A DNA stretch of 64,000 nucleotides. Source: Batkoa obscura (lineage: Eukaryota). The position numbers were made by a program, and so were the translations under genes. The notes under the pieces are model-generated. The model was given only the letters and a program-made list of their open reading frames with translations. It was not told the DNA's origin and ran no database searches. The first letter of the stretch is position 1. Every line of letters begins with the position of its first letter. Positions 25,525 through 37,794 of this stretch are shown here, in pieces. Location of the stretch: contig JASVEC010000020.1 of the NCBI GenBank assembly GCA_030770535.1, forward strand, positions 124,001-188,000, given 5' to 3'.

Positions 25525-27663
25525 TCATATTAAATAAAACTTAAAATGGGTATATATTAACCAGTTTATTGTACTAGCATCCTCAACCAAATCATCAGTA
25601 CGATATAAACAGCGATCAGGTTCTCTTGTTAAAAAATCCAATATGATAGGTTTTCGATTTTTATCTGGTAAATAAGGGTATACTTGTTTAAGTGTGACTT
25701 TAAAATTTGTTTGAACTGGGAATGCTTTAGGTACAAAAGATGGTCTTGAAGCAAACTTGACAATTGTATAATATGAGTAAATTCGACAAAATTTAATGTT
25801 ATTGATTGGATCAGTAGTAGATTTATATAAGTTCAAATACCTGCTAGTTCTTTTAATTCATTTAAAAATAAGCTACAAATTGAATAACAAATTAAATTAG
25901 ATAGTATTAGAACATTTTCTAATTCAAACGGAATCTCATCATTGTTGCTATTAAATATTAACATAAAATCTTCAGAACCGCAATCATTAAAAAAAAAGTT
26001 AGCATGTCTGTCTTCTAAATCGCTTTTGACACTGGTTTTAGGTAGCAGCTGAAAAACATCTTTATATTGAGTCCTGTCGGTCTTGTAGTCGTCAGATAGA
26101 TTGTATCCACATCATATGTAGTTAATTTGTCATCAAACGCCATTGGGGGTAATCAGCAGGTCTAGATACATATCAGGGCTAAACGGCTCGATTTCTTTAT
26201 CCAATATGTATTTTATAGTAGAACAGCCATGGCATACTGTACTGTCACCGTTGATATCAATACCAATAATCAGTTTTTTGAAACTATATTGCTTAAATAG
26301 CTTAAATCCTCTCATGATTTCCTTTTTAAATCCAAGGCTATTGTTTGCCAAATCGAAATCTTGTATTACAAAAACGTCAATATCTTTATTGAAAATATAG
26401 AAACTAGAAAATCTCTAACTAATGATAGATTATTGACTTTAGTTTTTGGTAATTCAAATGATTCTTTCACTTCATCGCTAATATCTATATGGGAATATAT
26501 TTTTTGTTTAAGAACTTTACTAATAATCTTTCCACTCAAATAGTGCTTAAAAAATAGGAAAAGTGATAAGCTCAAAAATAGCATCCTCCTATCCTTTTCA
26601 ACATTTTTTTAGTTCATTTGATATAGCTTTGACCATTTTGGATTTACTTTTTTCAACTTTCAACATTTTTTCTACTGTTTCTTTGCTTATATTTTGACTG
26701 GATGCAATAAGTGCTGTTCTATAGTTTACTTTGGGTGCGCAGTATTTTTGATAGTAATCTCTATTATCTTTAAACTTTTTACTACCAAATAAGGAAATAT
26801 GTAGAGCTTTTATAACCTCTTTTCTCCCTTTTATGTTTATTTCAAATATAACTTTGTTTCTAGAAGGTAGAGTAATTGTCTGTAAAAAGGTGCTTTTTAT
26901 TTTACTTATAATTCCTTTTGACAACAAATCGCAATATAAGTCCACATTTACTTTTAAAAGTATATTACGAGAAACATAATTTATAGCGCCAGCATTCTTT
27001 TCAATTGGGAGTATCAAATCCATACCATCTATTTTTTGAACATCAGCTCTATCAAATTCCTTAATGCCAATTCTTAAACTTTCCCAGTTTTTAACTTGGA
27101 ATTCTTCAAAGCGATAGCCGCCTTTAAGTAACAAGTTATTATCTTGTTCAATAGTATTAAGTAGGAAAGGTGATATAAAGTAAAAGACCAATAATACTTA
27201 GAAATACAGAAAGCGTACCCATCTATTAACTTATTAAATATTTTGAAGACATTTGTTTGGAGTACCATATCTATAGTACATTTTTTCTCTCTTAACAATC
27301 CTGAAGTTACTCAAATATCCAAAACTTAACCTTTGATCTTAAGATTAAAAGGAAAGCTATTCTACCCCTCTAAGGCCTACTTATATGAACATACTTTCGC
27401 TTTTTTGTCGATTCCACCACATGAATTACTTACAGTACCTAGACTCTCTGGTTTACCATTAGAAATTTGCTCTAAAAAGGATTGTTGGGCGTTTTCTTGA
27501 GAATCACGCTTTTTATATTCCTTCTTTACTTTAAGCTTTGTTTTGGTTGAGCTACTGGCACTATTTGAAATTTTTTGGGGGTAAGCTTGATTGCTTTACG
27601 AGTAGGAGTCTCATTAATTAATAAACAGGATCCTAAAACAAATAGTAAATAGTTAAGATTTAT
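25525..27663 (-). pseudogene. Secreted peptidase S41 pseudogene, copy 2
   Basis: Start codon position reads ATA (27663); KKLIIGIDINGD and PFELENVLILSNLICYSICSLF resemble fungal S41 motifs (LIIDxxxNGGG, TDGxCxSTC); frameshifts, stops, MITE insertion. Confidence 0.78.
26491..26588 (-). mobile_element. MITE copy inserted in S41 pseudogene copy 2
   Basis: Flanks ATAT/CTAT; paralog copy 1 has a single ATAT at the equivalent site. Confidence 0.9.
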
Positions 27664-27916
27664 TATTTTAATATTAATCAAAAATTGAATAACAATAAGT
27701 AGACTAATTTTTTAACTCCTTTTATGATATTTTATTTTTATTACGTGGCTTTCGTTTTTCACTTTTGTTTCAATATAGTATCAAATGGTTACCGTTGGAT
27801 TTTTTTATTGTTATTACAGCTTTTAGTAAAAAACATGTTATATTAACGATGATTAATTTAACATGACTATAGTTGTCTATATGAATCGCAGCAATTATCA
27901 AATTCAAAATACATAT

Positions 27917-28015
27917 GGGGATGTATTTTTATGTTTAAAAATTTTACTAACAAATTTTGCACTTAAATATCGCTTAAAAAATGGAAAAAATAATGAAGTC
28001 AAAAAAAACACCCCC
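27917..28015 (-). mobile_element. MITE copy
   Basis: TSD ATAT/ATAT. Confidence 0.92.
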
Positions 28016-28426
28016 ATATGTAGTATCTTAGTATAACTCAAGCTATTCTATAGTAAACTCAGTATAACATATAACTTAAACAATTAATTAAACCAGGAAT
28101 TTATTACTATAAATCCATTATAAAATTAGAGATACAATACAACAGTTTAATATTTGGAATCAAGGTTATTAACTATTTTAATTGTCAAAGTGATTACATG
28201 ATTGCGTACAGAGTAACACAGCAGCATATTAAATATCATGTTTTACTTTAAATGTTAAACAAGAATTATTGCATAATGTATATAATAAGTCCCACTATCA
28301 TATTAAATCGTTGTTTTATATTAGTATTTAAAACAGTGTCATTATAAGTTAAATTTATAGCCACATTTTTTTAGAACGAGAGTATAATAAACAATGCTAG
28401 AATATAACAAACACTAATAACAATAC

Positions 28427-28525
28427 GGGAATGTATTTTTGTATTTAAGGATTTTACTAATAACCTTTCTACTCAAATAGTGCTTAAAAGATGGAAAAAG
28501 TAATGAATCCAAAAAAACATCCCCC
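28427..28525 (-). mobile_element. MITE copy
   Basis: Full length; TSD degenerate. Confidence 0.88.
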
Positions 28526-29596
28526 TATTTGTAGCTAAAACTATTTAAACATTTTCTATAACTTGAAAGATGTCAGATAAATATAATTAAAACTTCATAA
28601 ATACGTTTATTGTTAAACGATCATTACTTTATGTGTATTTAGCTGCCTTGCTATTAAATTATAATTCAATGGATTTTAGAAAAACAAATAACCGTAGCCT
28701 ATATTCAAATAAAGAGAGCTAAAGCAGGTTATAAGAAATTGAAATAAACAGGAAGGTTGTAATTTAATTAATTAAAGTAGTTGAAAGCAATAAACACGCC
28801 TAAATAGGTACTAAAATGATATAATAGTCTTTTTTGAATAGCTTTAATAGAATATACTAAAAAAGTAAAGTCCCAACATAGTGGATGGTTAAGCGATAAT
28901 GAAAGAATAATTTGATACCAAATTTTTTTGGTATAGATAATAGCAGTTTATATTTATACTGTGGTTGATTTAAATTAAAGCTTTTTTAAATTTGAAACAT
29001 CCGATCGTTGTTAATTTTCAATAATCAATATTATCATTATACCGCGATTTGGTATTCTTTAAAAAAGGGACAGTCAAAGTTCATGAAAGTCACGATAAAC
29101 ATAAACAGTCTATAAAAAGCGAAGTATCTATTTATCTAGGAATTTTACCCACCCATAAACTTTCGCCAATTTTTATCTCATATTCTTTGTTTACTATTAG
29201 TAATTTATTTTGATATTCTTAAATTGATAGAGTTTGGTTTCAGTGGCACTTTGGGTAAACTAAGTTATTGTAAAGGATCCAGAACTCACAGTTCTAGCAT
29301 AAGCTGTTAGCCAATAATGAAAAAATAAACCATATTTTTTTACTAATAAATTTAAAAAAAGGGTGGTCTGTATTTAATTAATAAAGGTCATCATTAGAAT
29401 TAAAGTCATTTGGTATTAATTATAAGAATAACGAGTTATTTTAAGGAACATAATTTTTACTACAGTCATAAATCTTGTTAAATTTAATAAGATGACCAAA
29501 TTAAATACGTTGAATATTATATATAAACAAAGAAGGCTCTTTTAGCTTTTTTTCATTTTTTATAACTTTAATCTGTAATAATACATTCGAAATAAA

Positions 29597-30613
29597 ATGG
29601 CAGGCTTAGGAATAAGTTTATCTATAGACGTAATCATGTTTTTGTTATCCTTTGTAGCATTGGGATGTAGTGGATTAGTATTTTATATTAGTATTTTTAG
29701 AAATGGTATGAGAGGAGCTGACTTCTTACCAATAATTATAATGTGTACATTAGATAGCTTTATGGGAATTTCGTGGATTGTTTTTGATTTTATGAAATGG
29801 ATATCAAATTATGAGATAATAAAAGACGAGAACATTGCTTGTCAAATTCAAGCTGTTATTTCATTAGGAGTTTTGGAAGCTTCAATAGACTGTGCTACTA
29901 TCTTAGCTATTTTAAGATTTGTAGTTATTGTTTTCCAAATTAAAATTAACAAGAAGTATTTTAATATCATAACTGTTGTTATGGTGTCGTTATCATTATC
30001 TTTAGCAATAACATCAGGGTCTTATAAATCAGGGAGATTAATGCCAACTAATAGTTATTGTGAATTAATAACATTGGAGAAAATACCGTTTAACACATTT
30101 TATAGTAAATGGTTATTAGTAAGAATCTTACTACTACCCTCTATTATCATACTGTGCTATAGTGGAATATTAATCAAGTACATTAATATATATAGAAATT
30201 TAAAATATATAAAATTTGACATTCCCATGGACCAAACTCGATCAAGCAACAGTATAAGCGACGCTCGACTATATGTTGAATCAATGGATAGTGTACGACG
30301 AAGCATTATATACTTATTTATAGGTAAGACAGCATTTTGTTATAAAATTGGAACTTATAAATTAATGTTAATTTTAGGTATAATAGCGTATGCCTTAGTA
30401 TTTGCGCCAAGTTATGTAACAAATGTGGTGCAGGAAATAACCCAAGCAGATAATCGTGAAATCTGGGTCGATGCTATTGTTATACTATCAATCATGTCTA
30501 TTATTTTGATCAACCCAGTTTTTGCTCTTTTAGTACACGACGAAACCAAAGTTGAAATGCACCGTATTTTTGATAGCTGGAAGCTACCTTCTAAAGCTAA
30601 TTTATTTGAGTGA
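29597..30613 (+). CDS. Seven-TM class-A GPCR-like receptor, paralog 2 (probable in-frame intron 30324-30377)
   Basis: Highly similar to 21589-22609; same motifs; GTAAG..TTTTAG at the same position as the paralog intron. Confidence 0.85.
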   Translation: MAGLGISLSIDVIMFLLSFVALGCSGLVFYISIFRNGMRGADFLPIIIMCTLDSFMGISWIVFDFMKWISNYEIIKDENIACQIQAVISLGVLEASIDCATILAILRFVVIVFQIKINKKYFNIITVVMVSLSLSLAITSGSYKSGRLMPTNSYCELITLEKIPFNTFYSKWLLVRILLLPSIIILCYSGILIKYINIYRNLKYIKFDIPMDQTRSSNSISDARLYVESMDSVRRSIIYLFIGKTAFCYKIGTYKLMLILGIIAYALVFAPSYVTNVVQEITQADNREIWVDAIVILSIMSIILINPVFALLVHDETKVEMHRIFDSWKLPSKANLFE

Positions 30614-31391
30614 TTATATTTATATGAATATAAGATTAGACGAGCATACTTTGATGTATTATTTATTGTATATTGGGTAGCATAAAAAATAATTTAACAT
30701 ATTCACCAAAAAAAAATTTATAACAGTTCATGATAGATATTTAAAAATTCGAATTAACTTTATCCTGGACTAATTAATAAAATTTAATATTTGAGTTTAA
30801 TATTTATTCTTTCATATTCTTTTACAATGCCACTATTTACCAATTTGCTTTATTATTATTGCTTAATAGATTCTCATTTCAAAGAATAAAGCGTTACTTT
30901 ATAACTTAGTTATCAACCTTATCTTTTTGTGTATTTTTTATGAGGTTTTATACATTCCAGCATATAAACAAGTTTTTGCATAAACGGTTTTCTGTAAAAT
31001 TCTTTTCGTTAAACCCATTACCTTTCTAGTTAGAAATTTGGCCTTACTTTGTGTGCAATTTGTCCATCTTTAAAGGTGCTGGTTCACTTATTTCGCACTA
31101 TGGCTAAAAACCGTTATCTATATAGATTATTAATTGGTTATCTTGCTTCAATTTGTCTTTTTACTATATCCATATAGCTATATGACTACTACTCAAATAA
31201 AGTAATAGCTTTATGTATCATTAAGTAAGAAGATAATTTGGATATTAGAAAAAAATTTAAAACTCAGTAAAAATAAAAAAATAAAATTTACAGTGATTTA
31301 TGTTTAACTGTAAAATTCATATAGGAGTGCCCTATTCTAGTTTTATTAATTTTGTCGCTTTTCTGTAGCGTAAAATAAAAAACAATGAAAT

Positions 31392-31487
31392 GAGGTTATT
31401 TTTTTTAGTTTCGTTATTTTCCGTTTTTTAAGCGCCATTTGAGTGAAAAGAGTGTAGTAAAATTCTTAAACAAAAAAACATATCCCC
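31392..31487 (+). mobile_element. MITE copy
   Basis: TSD AAAT/AAAT. Confidence 0.88.
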
Positions 31488-33566
31488 AAATATTGAAACT
31501 GAAATATGGATAGACAGCTACTTTATATAATTACAGCACTAAGTCAGATTAGAGTTTTAAAATAAGTAACAATCTTATTGGATGAATTGAAGACTTCTGA
31601 AAGGTGTTTAAATTTTGACAAAACCATATTAATAGTTTAAAATTTGAACAGTTTATCTAATAATTATTGATAAATTTGCACATAAAATAATTAAGAGTTT
31701 AAGCAAAACTCTTCCATGGTTTTAATTAATGTCAATTTTATATATTACAACTTTAGCTTACATTTCCAATTATACAAAGCATATTTTTTTAAAAATTACT
31801 ATATAAAAATTAAACAATATATCTATCAAAATAAACTTTGCTTTGAATCATTTATCCTGGCATTTGTATGATATAGACCCTCTATGCTATTGTCTTTATA
31901 ATATTAGTTTAATTTAACATTACTTCAAAGTTTTAGTGTAAAAATTAAAAATTCACAATATTATGGCTATAAGCCACTTTCAAAATTAAAATAGTATTTA
32001 AGGTTAATCGTAAACATCCGCTTTGGTAATAAAAGCAATAAAAAACCAAGAACCTATTTTCACTTAATATACTTAATATACTTAATATATCTTCTCTTGT
32101 CATTTATTATCGTTTCAGGTTTATACCACAAATATATCTTATAAAAGAAATTTTGACTTTCAAAATATACCAAATCCCAAATCCCCAATTTAAAAAATAA
32201 GGATTTAAAAGTTTATAATAAACTTTATGCTCAAAATTGACAAATGAATTGTTTATTTAAATGATATAGTAGTATATAGCTCATTATTTTATGATAAGAC
32301 AATACTTTTAGTTTACAAGCTATAAGGCGATCAATATTGAGTAGTTTAGCGCTAAAAGTAAAACAAACAATTCAGTTTTATTAATAAATTAGTTTTCATT
32401 TCTACATTATAGCCTATAACCACCAAATTTAGGCTACTTTATAAATGGTTACTATGATCTTATTAAAACTTGAATTCTTTTACAACCTCTAAATTTGGTA
32501 GTTTACTTTCTCTCCCTTGTTTTCTAAATTCAAAGCAAGTTTAGCGTAAAAACTCGAGTTGTAAAGTTGTAATTAGGCAATAAAAGCTACTAGAATTATA
32601 GTGGTGGAAAAAGTTCTAGTTTCGATATATTGAATGCAAGGTTATAGCTACAAGCTAATGATGTTGAAGATGTATTAAGTAGGTTTTTTTTGTCATTTTA
32701 TTATGATAAGCTAGGTTCGAGTTAAATCTATGTAACAAATATTGCTAAAAACTTAAAAAGAATGATTCAAAATAAACACTTAACTTTTATTTCTTGATTC
32801 TTTTTATAAAGTTTTAATAGATAAGAAAAAAGTAAATTACCATATTTGGTTAGATGGATCTGAGGTTATTTTATCCCTGACTTAAATCTTATACTGAATA
32901 TTGTGAGATTTCTTATTCAACATTATTATAAAACATAACTTTCATTATGAGTAATTTTATATATGTTATGTTTTAAAGCTATGAATATAGAAAAAAAACT
33001 ATTATTTTAAATGACGCAAATTTATTTTACAAATGGGCGATAATAAATCTTAACTCATTTTTTTGGTGTGGAAAAAAATGAAATTATTAAATCAATCAAA
33101 AATAAAGTTTGAAAAAACTGCATCCCTTATTGCCTTGCATAGTTTTATAATTTAATAAATGACAAAGGAAAAATGATAATAAATTTGTACATTTTTTTCG
33201 ATTTTATTAAATAAGTTAAGAATACTGTAAAAGCCACCCTAAATGTTTTTGATAAATTTAGAAATTGATGGTTTAGCTAAAAGTGAAACTTTACAATTAA
33301 ATTCAAAATTCTATCAAGTGACACGAATAAACCCGATTAATAACAATGTTTAAATGCAATCTATGGAACCAGATGATAAGGGATTGCATGCCTCAAAAAA
33401 TACATTTTATTGGTGGGTTATTGGGGAGGTGGTACCTGAACTTCGTTGGGGTGGCGGAGTTCTTATTTAGTATTTTTACTTTTAATGTTTTAAAGTATGG
33501 TATATATAGCCTTTGAAGTAGAACACTGAATTATAAAAAAATAACAAACATTAACAATTACTAGCT

Positions 33567-35386
33567 ATGGGATTACTGACAACAGGTGTACCATTAGAGT
33601 GGGATGAGATCGTTCCATATTCTAAATTAATCAAAGAGAGAGGAATTCAGCAGTTTATTTCTTTATACAAGCGTAATAGCAGCCGTAAGAATGATGTTTT
33701 AACTTGGGGAGATGAGATTGAATATTTTGTTGTCAAAATGAATCATTTTAAAAAGCAAGCTTATTTATCTACCATTTCCCACGAATTGTTGCCTGTCCTA
33801 CAACAAGAGGAAGAAGAAGGGCTAAAAAGTGGAAGGTAGCTTTATTTTAATTTACTTCATTTAATATTCTAATTTAATTTAGTAATTTTGATACTTGTTG
33901 GAGATCCGAATTCGCTAAATTTATGCTGGAGGGCACTCCAGGAGGACCATATTCTGGCCAACTTAATGGTTTATTGCAAGTTGAAAAAAACATGAGAACT
34001 CGTAGAATTCGAGTACTTAGTGAACTTGAAGAAAATCAAACCGTCTTAACCGTTTCCAACTTCTTTTCATTAGGGAGTGATAATGTGAAGCATTTAGATA
34101 TTGATAGCAGTTTGGATAACAACGTGTACACTCAAAGCAGCTATTTACCTGATAAAATGATTCACCCTCACCCAAGGTATGCTAGCTTATCCAAGAACTT
34201 GAGATTGAGAAAAGGTAGTAAAGCAACATTCCAATTACCTATTTACAGAGATATAAATACTCCAAAAGCTTTATTATTTTCACAAGATCAATCTGCTTTA
34301 GAGTTAGATACCGTTGGGTTCGCCGCTTCTTGCTGCTGTCTTCAGGTTACTTTCCAACTTCCTAGTTTTGAAGCCGCTACCTTTGCTTATGATGCTTTTA
34401 TTCCAATTGCTCCTATCTTTTTAGCTTTAACTGCTAACACCCCAATGATGAAAGGATACCTTGCCAATATGGACACTCGATTCAATTATTTAAAAAATTT
34501 AATTGACTGCCGAAGATCGGATGAGCAAGATCAAAAATCAAGATATGACTCATGTTCTTTATATATTGGAGAGAATTCATATTTTAACCAACAATTTAAT
34601 GACATTAATTTACAGCAAGACTCAGAACTAAAAGAAACTCTTCAAAAGGCTAAAATTCCAGAGAATGTAAGCCACCATTTAGCTACAATATTCAACAATG
34701 ATCCTTTAATCATATTTGAAGAAAACATAACTGAGTTTGATCCAACAGATAATAGTCACTTTGAAAACATTCAATCCACTGTATGGCAAACCGTACGTTT
34801 CAAGCCACCTACTCCAGATGCTAAAATAGGCTGGAGAGTCGAATTCCGTCCAATGGAAGTCCAGTTAACTGATTTTGAAAACGCTGCTTTTGCTGTGTTT
34901 ATTAATCTATTGCTTCGTGCCATTTTAAAATTCAGGCCTAACTTTTATATGCCTATCTCTAAGGTAGATGAAAATATAGATCTAGCCTGTAAAAGAGATG
35001 CTATTAAAACTGAAGTGTTTATGTTCCCTAACAATAATGGGAAGCTTGCTAAGTTTAATATTAATAGAATCATGAATGGCGGCAATAACATCGAAGGGTT
35101 GATTCCATTAGTACAAAGGTATTTAAAAGAGGAAGACATTGAAATGAGTCTAAATACTAAGTTACAATCATATATCAACTTCATTAGCGATAGATCCAAA
35201 GGAAAGCTTATGAGTGGGGCTAATTTCCTAAGACAGATGGTATTGAATCATCCAGATTATTTAAAAGATTCTAAATTAAACGATACTATCAATTATGATC
35301 TTATTCAAATGATCGATAAATTAGGAAAAGGATATTACAACCTTGCCCCTCAACTATTAGGAAAGTACCACAAAGCTTCCAACTAA
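33567..35386 (+). CDS. GSH1: Glutamate-cysteine ligase catalytic subunit-like (divergent), 2 exons
   Basis: MGLLTTGVPLEW, WGDEIEY, MLEGTPG, CCLQVTFQ, KSRYDS, HFENIQSTVWQTVRFKPP, GWRVEFRPMEVQLTDFENAAF; intron 33836-33882. Confidence 0.92.
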
Positions 35387-36689
35387 CTCATTTCTTTATT
35401 TCTTAATTCTTTATTTTCGTTTTATTAAATTTATTTAACTTTTAAAAATTTGAAGTTTTTATCAGATTAATATAAATAGTCTGAATTCAGATTGTGTAAA
35501 TGAATTATTTTTTTACATCTATTTTGTTAAAATATTATAGATAGTAATTCAATTACAATTCATTAAAACTATGTTTTTAATATAATTAGGATATCATAAC
35601 TTTAATCATTTTGTTCTTAACATTAACATTATTTTATATTGAACTAAATAATTGAGCAAAAAATAGTTAAAGCTCTCTTAAATACGCTTTACATGTAAAT
35701 AACTCTTTCAATAGCTTAACCCCTGCATATAACTTTACTATACAGTTGACAATAGTTGTAGGTAAATTTATCTTTGAATATTTGTTGACCAATTATTTGG
35801 TTTAATTAAGTAGCAATAAAATTTAAAAACTATCAGTTTACTATTGAAATAAAAAACATCTCAATCTAACTTTTTTTCACTATAAAATTTTCATCGTTCA
35901 TATAATATAGTAAATGATGGATCTTGCTCCTGTACATTGTTGTTTCTTGGTAGCAAATAAAATTTAGATATAAATTTAGACTTTTTGTGGTTGTGTTTTC
36001 TATTTTTTATTACAATAGCAGTTAATGTTACATTCAAACATATGCCATATTTATACATTTGCTTCACTTTATGTTAGAATACTAAAATTTCAAATTTTTT
36101 GTATTAAAATATTTGAGTAGAAACAACATATTCAAGTTAATGTAATAATAGTCACTTATTCTTACATTCAAATCAATCGATTCTAATTTTGTAATTATTA
36201 GCTTCAAAAACGACATCCACATGCCCAACTAGCTTTATGATATTAATTTATAAGTGATATAAATATATTTTGTCTTAAACCTCCACTTAAGGTGCACACT
36301 TCAATAAAGATTTTATCATTATAAAAACTAACCTATAGCTTACACTAAAACAATTAATTAGGTTGTTTAACATCTTACTGTCTAAGCGATCATTAAATTA
36401 GTTATTTAGATATTAGATAATATTACATAATATAGAAGCCAATCGATTCTTAGTCTTTATATTTGAATTCTTGGTTAAAATCGAAACATTGTTTTCAGCT
36501 GGTTTTCATTATTACACCAAAGCTTAATATTTTTAATTAATATACTTTGAGTGAAATAGTAAAGTGGCAATAGCTGATGAAAATTCGACTAAACTATAGA
36601 TGTTTTGCATGTTTGAATTTATTAATATTATTAGTGTATTTTAGATATGGTTTCTCTTACATAACTTGATAGTTTTATGAACTAAACAT

Positions 36690-36781
36690 GGGTACATTTT
36701 TTTGGTTTTGTTGCTTTTTCATTTTCTAAGTGCTATTTGAGTAGAAAGATTGTTAGTAAAATTGCTAAAAAAAATATCCCT
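36690..36781 (+). mobile_element. MITE copy (diverged)
   Basis: Flanks ACAT/ATAT. Confidence 0.8.
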
Positions 36782-37794
36782 ATATGGTTGTAATTAGTGA
36801 AAACTTAATTTTTTGGGTATAGGATTTCTTAAAAGTTCTATTTGATTGGATCAGGATTTTTGATCGATTCTTGGTTATTAAAGGATAATCTTTAATTAGC
36901 CAGGACTAATTTAATGAGTAATGTTTGCCATAATTTTATTCTGACCTACAAAAATCTGACAGACACTGCTCATTTACAGTAGCCAAGTGATTGATTACGT
37001 AGTAACGTTAATTTATGAAGCCATCAAATTATATAAGGGGATTACAATTTAAATTATATCAGTACTAAACGACAAGTTCTCCAACCATTGTACTTTAGAA
37101 CAGCTTGAAGTAGATGCTTTTCATTTTTTGATTTACATCTAACTTTTTCTAATATGAATTTAAGGGCTCCAGCTTTTACCTTAAATTCATTAAAAATTTT
37201 AACTCCAAACTAAAAACAATAAAAGACATTTTATTTAACTGCAAATTGGTCTACTCCAATTCGTTTATGTTGATTATAGAGTATGACTTTTGAATTACTG
37301 GAAGGAAACAAGGTTATGTATGAGTAAACGTATTATATTAAATTATTCATATTTCAAATAAAAATATTACCCGCTAGACTATTATCACTTGACAGCTTAA
37401 AAAAAATTGACCCGATTGGTTAAAATTTCAAAATTTTCACTAAAAATTATAAAGAATATACTAAATTTTAAAGATACCTTTACCCGATAACCTGTCGTTA
37501 TGTAAACACTTAGTAAATTTTGCCCGCTTTTTGTTCTAATTTTAACGCTTTCAATTTATTGAAATTAAATCAAATACTACCAAATAGAGCTAGAGAACCA
37601 ATGGAGATAATGAAGAAATTCTATAGAACTACATTAGTAACCTAAAAAACAAGACCAATTATGAAAACTATCGATGACTTCAACATGTTGCATGGAATCC
37701 TAAGGACGGTAGTATTCTAAACAAACTAAATACATACTATAAATAGCGCACCCAGATGTCAAATCAACAACATTAAAACAAACACCATTCAATT

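Noticed and set aside
21589..30613. 7TM receptors as opsins
   Set aside because: The position six residues before the TM7 NP motif, where the retinal-binding Lys sits in opsins, is Met in both
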